The notes under the pieces: model-generated | What the model saw: the letters and a program-made list of their open reading frames with translations, nothing else | Told to the model about the DNA's origin: nothing | Database searches by the model: none | Assembly: GCA_963765765.1 (NCBI GenBank) | Contig: CAVXYC010000023.1 | Location: 32,001-96,000 of the forward strand | From: an uncultured Chloroflexia bacterium | GTDB taxonomy: Bacteria > Chloroflexota > UBA6077 > JACCZL01 | Reading direction: 5' to 3' | Length of the DNA: 64,000 nucleotides | Shown: piece after piece, positions 13,701 through 23,066 of the stretch | Position numbering within the stretch: the stretch's first letter is position 1 | Layout: each line of letters opens with the position of its first letter | Position numbers and translations under genes: made by a program

Positions 13701-15145
13701 CGACCCGGTCTCGCACCTCACTCACGATTCGAGCCACTTCCCCGGCGCCGGTGCCCAGATCACCCTTGAGCCCTCGGGCTCGCGGGCCAGCACGTAGGAG
13801 CGCATGGCTTCCACGAAGGGCAGATACGGCAGGGAGAGCGAGCCCTCCTCGTAGCAATGGCCGACCAGGCACTTCCCGCCGCGCAGGACGGCGTAGGTGG
13901 CCAATTGCTCGGTTAGGCTGGTCTTGCCGATGCCGGGCTCACCCACGACCATGGCCAGGCCGCCCTGGCCGGAAAGCGCAGCGTCAAAGGCGGCCTGGAG
14001 CTGCTTGAGCTCCGACTTCGCGTCCGACGAAGGCGCGGCGGTAGAGCGGGTTATCCGTCGTCGGTGGCGTCCGGCGCGGGGGCAACGCCTTCCGTTCCCT
14101 GGACCGACGGGGCTGGGGTCGGATCGATCGAGTCCAGCGCCTGGCGCACCTCGGTGGCCGAAGCGGGCCGCTTGCTCGGAACCTTCTCCAGCAGCCGCAG
14201 GATGAGCGCCTCGAGGGCCGCGGGGCAGTCCGGCCGGTGCCAGGACGGGGCCACCGGCGGGGTGTTGAGATGCTGGCCGATGATCGCCACGGCGTCATCG
14301 CCCACGAAGGGCGGTCGGCCGCCGACGAGCTCGTAGAGCACGCAACCGAGAGCGTACAGGTCGCTTTGGGGGCGTGACCTCGGCACCCGTGGCCTGCTCA
14401 GGGGCCATGGCGCTGACCGTGCCGATCATCATCCCCGGCTGGGTGTGGCGCGTCTGATCCAGCGCCACGGCCAGCCCGAAGTCGCCGAGCTTGGCCGTGC
14501 CGTCGTCGGTCGAGCCAGATGTTGCCCGGCTTGAGGTCGCGGTGGATCAGGTCGCGGGCGTGGGCGTGCTCCAGGGCCCGGCAGAGCTGCTGGCCGAGCT
14601 CTAGAACCTGGGGGATCGGCAGGCGATGCTCGGGAGCGGCTGCAGGAGCGTGGTGAGATCTCCACCGGGCATGAGCTCGGTGACCAGATACGGCTGGCCC
14701 TGGTCCTCGCCCAGGTCGAGGACACTCACGATATTCGGATGCGAGCCCAATCGCCCCATGGCGCGGGCCTCGCGGCGGACCCGCTCGCGGCCGACCTGGT
14801 CCAGCCCGTCGGTCTTGATCAGCGCGAACGCGACCTCGCGATCAAGCAGCGTGTCATGCGCCCGGTAGACGCGCTTCTTGCCGCCCTCGCCGAGGAGCTC
14901 GCGCGTCTCATACCGCCCGCCGACAAACGCTCGGGGTGACGTCGCGGCGCTTATCCGGGACGGAGGGTCGCTCGCCAGTCTGGCGAGGCGTTTCAGCCAG
15001 TGACGACGCCGCACGATCCACAGAATCTGGCATGGGGGCTGACACTGCTGCCGCACGATCCGCACACGCGACTCAATGTCGCGCCGCACCCCTCGCAGAA
15101 CGCGGCTTCCTGCGGAGGCTCGGTTCCACAGGCGGCGCAGCGCAT
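10707..15145 (-). CDS. Double zinc ribbon - Ser/Thr kinase - STAND NTPase - TPR/helical sensor - class III adenylate cyclase, copy A (frameshifted)
   Basis: ATG at 15145 after a GAGGA RBS. MRCAACG..FCEGCG..VCGSCG..FCGSCG gives four CxxC. Kinase in 14601..15428 and 14051..14386; Walker A in 13722..13952; NTPase and sensor in 11461..13872; cyclase in 10707..11819 ending YQIHQVQWA*. Confidence 0.88.
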
Positions 15146-15282
15146 GGCTTTCCTCAATGAAGGACGCCTGGTCATCCCGTTGGATGGCTGGAATCCGATA
15201 GTACACCCGATACGGCACGCGCGAAAGTGACACGTGGGCCGAAAAGCGAGGAAGCCCCGGATGCGGGGTGTGCCAGTGCGAC

Positions 15283-15733
15283 TTACGGGCTGAAGGGAGT
15301 GCCTCCGCGGCCGAGGCCCCGAGTGGAGTCAACCATTCCCGGGTGCCAGGCCGGCTGGACGTCGATGTACAGCTCCACGTTGTTGCCGTCGGGATCGTCA
15401 AAGAACGCCGAGTGGGAGACGCCGCCATGATCCACGACTCTGCGTCGGCCGAACGCCTTTGCCTTCGAGGTCCGATAGGGCGTTGCGCAGCTCATCGTCG
15501 GTTGTGCCGATCCGAAAGGCCAGGTGGTTCAATCCGAGTCGTCCGCGCTCGGCATCAGGGCCGACCTCGATCAGCAGCAGCTCATGGTGCGTGCGGCCGG
15601 CTGCGCCAGCCAGGAAAGCCGCGCGGCCCATCTCACCAGTTATGTGCAAACCGAGCCGGTCGCGATAGAAATCAACTGAATCCTCGAGATTGCGCACATT
15701 GAGCACGACGTGTCCGAGCTCTTGAATCTGCAT
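15283..15733 (-). CDS. VOC family (glyoxalase/extradiol dioxygenase-like) protein, frameshifted
   Basis: MQIQELGHVVLNVRNLEDSVDFY..HHELLL..GLNHLAFRI, continuing in 15283..15495 as DHGGVSHSAFFDDPDGNNVELY. Confidence 0.85.
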
Positions 15734-15860
15734 ACTGATCCTTCCTCAATCCAGGGCGACCGCTAGAGCCGCAGCATCCAGAGTTAACAGTCGACAGCCA
15801 GCAGTCTATGATTCGAGCACCGGGCTGGCTCCGACTGTTAACTGTCGACTGTCAAGCTAA

Positions 15861-17039
15861 CTAGTGCTCGTCACCCCACTCGCCGTCCTGCGTCGGCCCG
15901 AGCTCGCCGGTGCAGTACGGCGAGAGCGCGCGCATTCGGCACGGCACACCATGCCGCTTGAGCTCATCCTCAAACAATGGCATGTACGTCCGGGTTCTCG
16001 TCCTCGTACTCCGTCTGGATGCCACCCTGTTTCACGCTGAGATCGGCAGTGTTCCGGTCCGTGGGCATATCGTCCCACCGGCCCGAGACGTAGCGACGAG
16101 ACCTGTTCACACCCACAACCAGGTACGTGGCAGACGATTCCGACACATTAAAGTGCTGGTGGTACCACAGGCCCGGGCCCGCGCCACTCAGGAAGATGCT
16201 GCCCGGGTTTCCAGTCATAACGCACGGCTGGCTCATCATCGCCACGCTGGGTGGTGGTGTAGCCCTCACCGTTCAATATGAACAGGTGCGCGCCCGACGG
16301 GCTGCGGTGGCCCTTCTTGTAGCAGACCGGCCTGGAAACGCGAGATGTGCGAGTTGATCGTGCCGCCGGCCAGCAGGAAGAATGCGTTGGTACCGCCGCC
16401 CCCACGCTCCTTCCACTCCCACAGCTTCATTCGGCGTACATCCGGCTCGAAGTTCGTCTCCCAGAGACGACCCCGCCAGAGCTTTCCCTCTTTCCCAAAG
16501 TAGTCCGATTCACCCGAGTACCGGTCGGTAAAGGCGTAGGGATTGTCGAAGAGGAATCCTTCGTTGTGGAACTGCCGCATCATTGAGGGCAGGTTGGTCA
16601 CCGAGAAGTACCGAACTGGATCCTGGCCACTGCCATTGTGTGACTGGAAATAGGCGTTGGTCGGGATGGCGAAGAAGCTGCCCTCGGACCACTCGAACGT
16701 CTGCTTGGTGTCCTCATCGAACCAGACCGTGGTCGCGCCGCGGCCGCTCAAGATGTAGATCGCCTCATCGTAGATGTGGTGCTCAGGGACGGTGGATTGT
16801 CCTGGTGGGATCTCCACGATATGGATGTCACTGCTATCGTCGCCATCGAGATAGGCGACGGCGCCCTTGACGCCCTTGCGTGGCCAATCCCCTAGCTCCG
16901 CGGCCCGCATATCCGGGATATACACGCCGTCGATGATCGGCACGCCTTCGTTCTTCAGCCAATCATCGTAGGGATCGACCTTTTTCATAAGCGGCGCTTC
17001 GGCCGCGGCACCGGTGTAGGTCAGGGTGTTCACTGCCAT
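15861..17039 (-). CDS. Bicupin protein (gentisate dioxygenase-like cupin superfamily), frameshifted
   Basis: Cupin 1 PEHHIYDEAIYILSGRG..FFAIPTNAYFQSHN. Cupin 2 after a frameshift: YKKGHR..GAHLFILNGEGYT..WYHQHFN. C-terminus GEWGDEH* at 15861. Confidence 0.8.
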
Positions 17040-17530
17040 CTGAGAGCTCCTCATTGTGCAGCTCTGATCCTCGAAGCTATCGAATAAGAAGTCTCCTTTC
17101 CGCCGAAATGCTTGTCGTGTGTGAATGACTCTCATCATTGGTCCAACGCAGGACGCGCGTCAATAGATTGCCCAACCGGTCTCTCTATATGACGCATCAG
17201 GTAGATGCAACTTCGAGTAGTTCGGGAAAACATCATGGGCTTGAGGCGCACCACCATGAACACCATGGCAATCCCGATCGTCCCCACGCTACGACAGCTT
17301 GGATGCGGACACCCCGCACTCATCCTCGTCATGTCCGGGGAGCTCAAGTTCGTGAGAGGGAGCGGAACGTCCTACCTGCTGGTTTCTTTGACGCCGGTGG
17401 GGAGATCCTTCGCTGCACTCAGGATGGCCGGGATACTGGAATTGATCGGTGTGTACCGGCGATGGACGCCGTTGGCCGGCATTCATGGACCATAAGCGCG
17501 GCAAAGACGCACACGCGGTGTAGAGGGCAA

Positions 17531-17578
17531 CAAAAACCCGGGGCTGACTACGTTGACGTAGCCAGTCCCGGGTTTTTG
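17531..17578 (-). terminator. Intrinsic terminator (possibly bidirectional)
   Basis: caaaaacccggggctgactacg-ttga-cgtagccagtcccgggtttttg: a long stem with A/T tails on both sides, just past the stop at 17587. Confidence 0.8.
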
Positions 17579-17586
17579 GACTGTAG

Positions 17587-18604
17587 CTAGACGCGCTCCT
17601 CGGCGATCATCACCGATTCGGGGAAGATCTCGTCCAAGGCCTGCTTCTTCGGCGAGAGACCTTGCTCGACTGAGATTTGCTGAATGAAGTCGATCGCCTT
17701 CGCGTTGGCCTTGACGCCGTAAGCAAAGGGATCGGGACCCATTAGCTCATCGATTTGCGCCTGGTATTGAGGCCCAAAGACCATGAGGGTCGGCGGGTGC
17801 TCGCGCTGGCGCTGAATGGCGATCTTCTTGGCGCGCTCGAACGCTTCCATCAGACTCATCGCCACCCACGGATGCTTGTCCAGGATCTCCTGGCGCACGA
17901 CGGTGGTGTGGTGCGGTGGGAAGATACCCGGTCTTCTTGTAGTAGCGCGCGCCCTCCGCAATCGGGTCGGAGAAGAGGAGCGGGAAGTCCGGGTTGCCAC
18001 GGATGTTCTTCATGGGGCGGTCAACGGATGAGTCCGCCGGCGGGCCGTAGCCCATGGCTGCATCCATCGTTCCGTCGTAGAACATCGTGCCCCAGTCCGT
18101 CTGGACATAGGTTAGGCGCACGCCCGGAGGGAGGGTGGTACCGCTGGCGCCAGTGTGGCTGTAGTTCTTGCCACGCGTCTGGTACCAATCCATGTCCTCG
18201 GCTTCAACGCCAAACTCGTGCTTGAGCACACCACGGATCCACAGACCGGCCGTCTGCTGATAGTCCATCAGTGCGAAGCGCTTGCCCTTGAGATCCTCAG
18301 GATGGTCCTGACGGATTCCCGAAGCCGTGCGGATCACAATGCTGCAATACGAGAAATTGCGGTTGTGGAAGACCGGCAGCAATCGATAAGGATAACCGTG
18401 GGCGCGCTCCACCATAAATGACGACATGGAGAACTCGGACAGATCGTACCGGTGGTACTTGATCTGATCGAAAAACACCTGGGGCACCCCGCCTGGCATG
18501 CCCAGGTACTCCAGCGTGATACCGACCGGCTTCACCTCGCCGGTGATGAGCGGCATCACCCGGTCGTACGGGGTCATGGCGAAGCTCAATGTGAGATCTG
18601 GCAT
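17587..18604 (-). CDS. 4,5-dihydroxyphthalate decarboxylase-like / periplasmic-binding-fold protein, frameshifted near 17930
   Basis: MPDLTLSFAMTPYDRVMPLITGEVKPVGITL, YDLSEFSMSSF, LLPVFHNRNF, DLKGKRF, YQQTAGLWIRGVL and GIFPPHHTTVVRQE match the OphC/Pht5-like family pattern. Confidence 0.8.
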
Positions 18605-19053
18605 AGGGCTCGATCCTTTCGTCTCCCAGTTCAAAATCGCAGGCGACCGTTTGGTCCTGCATACGGTAGTGCGAGTTGAGTTTGATGTCAACTTGCACTT
18701 AGACCCCTCGCGCCCTGGGAAGGGTTTGGTGACGACTCGCGATGGGGACCAGGTTACCCTCACCAACCCTCCCCAGGCCTGCTCAAGGTGCGGACACCCG
18801 GTGCATGTAGTGTGCGCTTGAGCGCTTTTTACGAGCACCGCTAGCGAGCACAGCGATGCGACGAGCGACATTGGGAACCACACCGTCCATATCCGTCGAT
18901 CGCGGGCCGCCGCATCGCTGCGCTCGCTTGCCGACATCGCTGAAAAAGCACTGAAGCACTCACTACATGCACCGGGGTGTCCGCCATTGAACAAAGGAGA
19001 AGGAGTCGGGCGCTCTTGATTCACCGGTGGCTATGATTTACCACTGGTCTCAC

Positions 19054-19173
19054 TGTCATCCTGAGGAAGGAAGGATCTGCACGGACATCGGCGACAGCGA
19101 TTACACCTTGGGGCCTTTGGCTTCCCTCCGTGGGCATCAACATCCTGGAGATCCTTCGTTCCTCAGGATGACA
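19054..19173. repeat. Inverted repeat element, GTCATCCTGAG..GAAGGATCT family
   Basis: tgtcatcctgaggaaggaaggatct (19054-19078) and agatccttcgttcctcaggatgaca (19149-19173). A related single arm lies at 17403-17428. Confidence 0.8.
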
Positions 19174-19223
19174 AGGAGACGTGTACCCGATGAAACGAGG
19201 CCGGTGAATAACCGGGCTAAGGA

Positions 19224-19256
19224 GGAACCGCACCCTTTTACGGATGCGGCTCTGTT
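19224..19256. repeat. REP-like hairpin
   Basis: ggaaccgcacccttttacggatgcggctctgtt; near-identical copies at 26175-26204 and 26234-26265. Confidence 0.75.
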
Positions 19257-19269
19257 CGACTGGTTTCTG

Positions 19270-20172
19270 TTACCGACCCTTGAGTCGTGGATCCAGAACG
19301 TCCCGCAGGGCATCACCAAATAGCGCGAATGCGAAGACGACACTGGACAGGGCAAGGCCCGGGAAGAGCGTGAGCCACGGGGCTGACTCTAGATAACCCT
19401 TCGCGCCAAACTGCAACATGCCGCCCCACGACGGATGTGGCGGCGGAACGCCCAGCCCCAGGAAGCTCAGCGTGGCCTCCGCGACAATCGAATTTCCTAA
19501 CTGACCTGTCGCGAGTACGAAGACCGGTGTGAGGCTGTTGGGAATGACGTGCTGCAGCATGATCCTGGGCGTGGTACAGCCTACGGTGCGCGCCGAGTCC
19601 ACGTAGGCCTCCTCCTTGATCGACAATGCGCTGCTCCGCGCCAGTCGAGCCACGCGAGGGAGGTACGTGATTGCGATGGCCACGGTAACACTGTTGAGCG
19701 AGGGACCGAGTGCGACAACGAGGATCAACGCCAGGACGATCGGCGGAAAGCCCATCAGCGCGTCCATGATCCGCTGAGCCAGGATGTCGAAACGACCTCC
19801 CATAAAACCGGACGCCACACCAATGAGCAAGCCGACAATAGTGCCAATCAAGACAGAGAGAATACCCACGTATAGTGACACCCTGGCGCCGTAGACGATT
19901 CGACTGAATACGTCTCTTCCGTAGATATCCGTGCCGAACCAGAACGACTCATCCGGCGGGCGGAGACGGTACGGAACGTTCTGCTGAATGGGATCGTACG
20001 GTGCAATCCAATCCGCGAAGATCGCGGTCAGACAAAGAATAATGAGAATGCCGGCCCCGAATGCACCCAGAGGCTTGTTCCGGACGAACGAAATAACAGG
20101 ATGTCGCGACAGACCGCGTCCAGTCGCGGCACGGGAGGCCGGAATTGGTTGGGCGATCGCTTCAACGGTCAT
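19270..20172 (-). CDS. dppC: Peptide/nickel ABC transporter permease (DppC/OppC)
   Basis: FWFGTDIYGRDVFSRIVYGARVSL, EAA-loop region EEAYVDSARTVG, EATLSFLGLG, ending FGDALRDVLDPR. Confidence 0.93.
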   Translation of the reverse strand: MTVEAIAQPIPASRAATGRGLSRHPVISFVRNKPLGAFGAGILIILCLTAIFADWIAPYDPIQQNVPYRLRPPDESFWFGTDIYGRDVFSRIVYGARVSLYVGILSVLIGTIVGLLIGVASGFMGGRFDILAQRIMDALMGFPPIVLALILVVALGPSLNSVTVAIAITYLPRVARLARSSALSIKEEAYVDSARTVGCTTPRIMLQHVIPNSLTPVFVLATGQLGNSIVAEATLSFLGLGVPPPHPSWGGMLQFGAKGYLESAPWLTLFPGLALSSVVFAFALFGDALRDVLDPRLKGR

Positions 20173-20191
20173 CGCTGACCCCTTTCCACGC

Positions 20192-21151
20192 TCATTTGTA
20201 GCTGATGCGCGGGTCAACAACCGCGTAGCACAGATCGACCAGTAAATTCAGGCACAACATCAGCAATACCAGTAGCATCGCGAGCGTCTGAATGACAGGG
20301 TAATCTCGACTGTTCGCCGCCAGCACGATCCCCTGACCGATGCCTGGCATACCGAAAATGGACTCCAGAATGACCGTACCCCCTAGCAGACCCGCAAGCT
20401 GCAAGCCCGAGAGCGTCAGCACCGGGATTAGCGCATTCTGTAGCGCGTGCTTGGAGACCACAACCTTCTCCACAAGCCCCTTGGCTCGAGCAGTTCGAAC
20501 AAAATCCTGCCCCAGCACTTCCAGCATGTTGGACCGAGTGATACGGGTGATGTTTGCGCTAAACCCCCAGGCCAATACCAGCGCCGGCCAGATCGCCTTC
20601 TGAAGATGCAGCACTGGATCCTCCCAGAGGTTCTTGTAGAACACCGGCGGACTCCAGGCAAACTGGACCGAGAGAAACAGCAAAAGCATCAGGGCGAGCC
20701 AGAAGTTGGGCAGCGCGTGTCCGCTGAGCGTGACGATTCGTACCAGGTAGTCTGGCCACTTGTCCTGACGAACGGCGGCAATGATCCCGAGCGGAATCGA
20801 GACGATCATCGAAAGTACGAGCGCGTACGCCGCGAGCTGTAGGGTAACCGGCAGCCGTCGTGCCAGGATCCCCCCAATGGGCTCCCGGTCGGCCAATGAG
20901 CGGCCACCGAATTCGCCGTTCACCAGTGACCACACCCACTTGCCGTACTGGACCGGCAATGGGTCTCGGAGTCCCAGCGCCTCGCGATACGCCTCCAGCT
21001 GCTCGGTGGCCATCGCCGAGCTGGCCTCGCCGCCGAGTATGACCAGCGCAACGTCGCCGGGCAGCGCTCGCATGATCGTGAAAATGGCCAGCGACGCCAG
21101 CAGCAGCGTTGGGCCGAAGAGGATCAGGCGCCTCAGGATGTATTGCTGCAT
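20192..21151 (-). CDS. dppB: Peptide/nickel ABC transporter permease (DppB/OppB)
   Basis: MQQYILRRL, RITRSNMLEVLGQDFVRTARAKGL, ESIFGMPGIG, RDYPVIQ, VDLCYAVVDPRI. Confidence 0.93.
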   Translation of the reverse strand: MQQYILRRLILFGPTLLLASLAIFTIMRALPGDVALVILGGEASSAMATEQLEAYREALGLRDPLPVQYGKWVWSLVNGEFGGRSLADREPIGGILARRLPVTLQLAAYALVLSMIVSIPLGIIAAVRQDKWPDYLVRIVTLSGHALPNFWLALMLLLFLSVQFAWSPPVFYKNLWEDPVLHLQKAIWPALVLAWGFSANITRITRSNMLEVLGQDFVRTARAKGLVEKVVVSKHALQNALIPVLTLSGLQLAGLLGGTVILESIFGMPGIGQGIVLAANSRDYPVIQTLAMLLVLLMLCLNLLVDLCYAVVDPRISYK

Positions 21152-21237
21152 CGAGCTCCTCGGGGATTGATGGAAAGTGAGTCATGAGCGATGAGCCGAG
21201 CGCAACGCGCCGCCCCATCACTCATGACTTGCATTTG

Positions 21238-23026
21238 TTACTTATCCAGCCAGACAGTCGCGAAGCTGATGTTCGCGGTGATGTCTTCCTGGGGAATCGC
21301 CATTCCCTTCACATGTGACCGATATGGGATGGTTTGAATCTGGTCGTACAGCGGCACGCCGTAGACTTGATCCACGAGCAGATACTTCTCCAACTCTCGA
21401 TAGATGGTGACGCGCTCCTCCATCGACTTTGCTCGATCGAATCGATCGAAGAAGTCCGCCACCTTCTGGTCCTCGTGAACAGCAAAGGCATTGTTTGCCA
21501 GGCTTTGCTTGTTGACCAGTACGGAAAGACCTTCCGGGAAGGTGATGGTCGCGCCCTTCCCCGTCTGGATGTAGAAATCCTTGCGAGCAGCGCGCTCGTT
21601 GTACGTGGCGACGTCCACCAGGTCCAAACGCGCTTGAACACCGATGGTGGCAAGCTGGCCCTGGAGCCATTCATGCTCCGCCTGCCAGGTCCGCTGGCCA
21701 AAAGTCGCAGTCTCGAACCCGTTGGGGTGTCCCGCTTCGGCAAGCAAACGCTTGGCCTCGGCACGGTCCCTATCGCGACCACCTTCCGCGTAGCCGGGCC
21801 AGGATCAGCCAGTCCGGATTCGGCCAGGGCGACTTCGGAGCCTGCAGAGTCGTCAGGAAGCCGTTGCCACTCTCCACAGCTTGAATACCTTCACGCTTGT
21901 CAATCGCGAGAGAGATGGCCTTGCGGACCTTGGCGTCCTGCAGCGGGCTTTCGCGGAGCGTATTGAACCAGAGCGTCTCGCGCTGACCGCCGAGCTCAGC
22001 AAACCAAACCTGGTCGCCGAACGCTTGCTCGAGAGAAGCCTTCTGCTCTGGCTTCAGCGTGAAGCCGAGTCCGCGAGTTCCGCCGTCAAGTCGGCCGGCT
22101 CGGAACGCAGCCACGACAGCCGACAGATCATTGATGATTGGGAAATCGATGCCGTCAAGATACGGAAGCTGCTTGCCCTGGGCATCCTTCTCCCAGTACT
22201 TGTCGAACTTACGCACCGATACCACGGAGCCTTTTTCGATCTTGTCGACCTTGAAAGGTCCGAGCGCGACGAAGCCGATGTCAGCCGGAGCCACCATGAC
22301 CTCTCCAGCCGCGATTTTTGGCGCCATCAGGTGCCGGGGATGGGCGATCTGCACGTTGCGCGACGCAATCAGATCCATGAAATACGGGGTGGGATTTTTC
22401 AAGGTGAAGCGCACTGTTCGCTCATCGGGCGCCTCAACCTTGTCGAGGTTTCCGAAGTACGCCTTGAAGCGCGAGACGGGGCGTGTCTTGTCCCCAGATT
22501 TGGCGCCGTTGTAGGCGAGATCTACCCAGAAGACGATGTCTTCCGCGGTCAATTTGGTGCCGTCATGCCAGAGCACATTGTCACGAAGCTTGAATGTGTA
22601 CTGAGTAAATTCGGGATTGTTCTCCCAGGATTCAGCTAACCCCGCGCAGACTTTGTACAGGTCATCGCGGCAGGGCCGTACCAGCGAGCCATCACCGAAC
22701 ACGCTCGCGGATACGTGCGTCAGACTGATCGACGTCTGGAACATAGGGTCCCAGGTCGCCGGCGGATCTTCGCGATGGGCAATGACGGCAACACCGCCAG
22801 TTTTGATGGTTGCATCAGCCGCGACTTTCGGAGCAGCTTGACGCGGGTCCGTGGCCGGGGGTTCGGGCGCCTTGGCCGGTGCCTGCGCCTCCTTGGCCGC
22901 CGGTTGAGCCGGCGCGGCAGACGGCTCCTTGGGCGCTGGGGGCACGGGACGACAAGCGAGCGTGGCCGTCAGCGCTAGCAGCGCAAAGACGCTCACGGTT
23001 CGTTTGCGGGAGTTTCCAAACATCAT
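21238..23026 (-). CDS. ABC substrate-binding lipoprotein, family 5 (frameshifted near 21780)
   Basis: Lipobox TLAC; LAESWE, FKLRDNVLWHDG, GPFKV, VRKAISLAID. The C-terminus is in ORF 21238..21747. Paralogue of the next gene. Confidence 0.88.
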
Positions 23027-23066
23027 CCTCGGGGCTCCTCTCGGCGGTCAGCCCGCCTTCCCTTTC

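Noticed and set aside
1-15145. Labelling the array as a known Avs or Pycsar defence system, or as a diversity-generating retroelement
   Set aside because: No nuclease, TIR or SIR2 effector, no adjacent cNMP receptor, no reverse transcriptase and no template/variable repeat pair were seen. A defence role remains only a hypothesis.
1-17039. Calling the frameshifted kinase-STAND-cyclase, VOC and cupin genes pseudogenes, or invoking programmed frameshifting
   Set aside because: Indels also hit ordinary genes across the window (beta-PGM, AglE, DUF4389, flavin reductase), while catalytic motifs stay intact. This fits long-read consensus error; raw reads are needed to exclude true decay.
17138-17590. 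Small ORFs in the gap between the cupin and decarboxylase-like genes
   Set aside because: No motifs, and they overlap a repeat arm and a terminator.
18605-19024. N-terminal 140-aa extension of ORF 17747..19024
   Set aside because: Family similarity and an RBS-like GAAAGGA point to the ATG at 18604; the extension covers palindromes.
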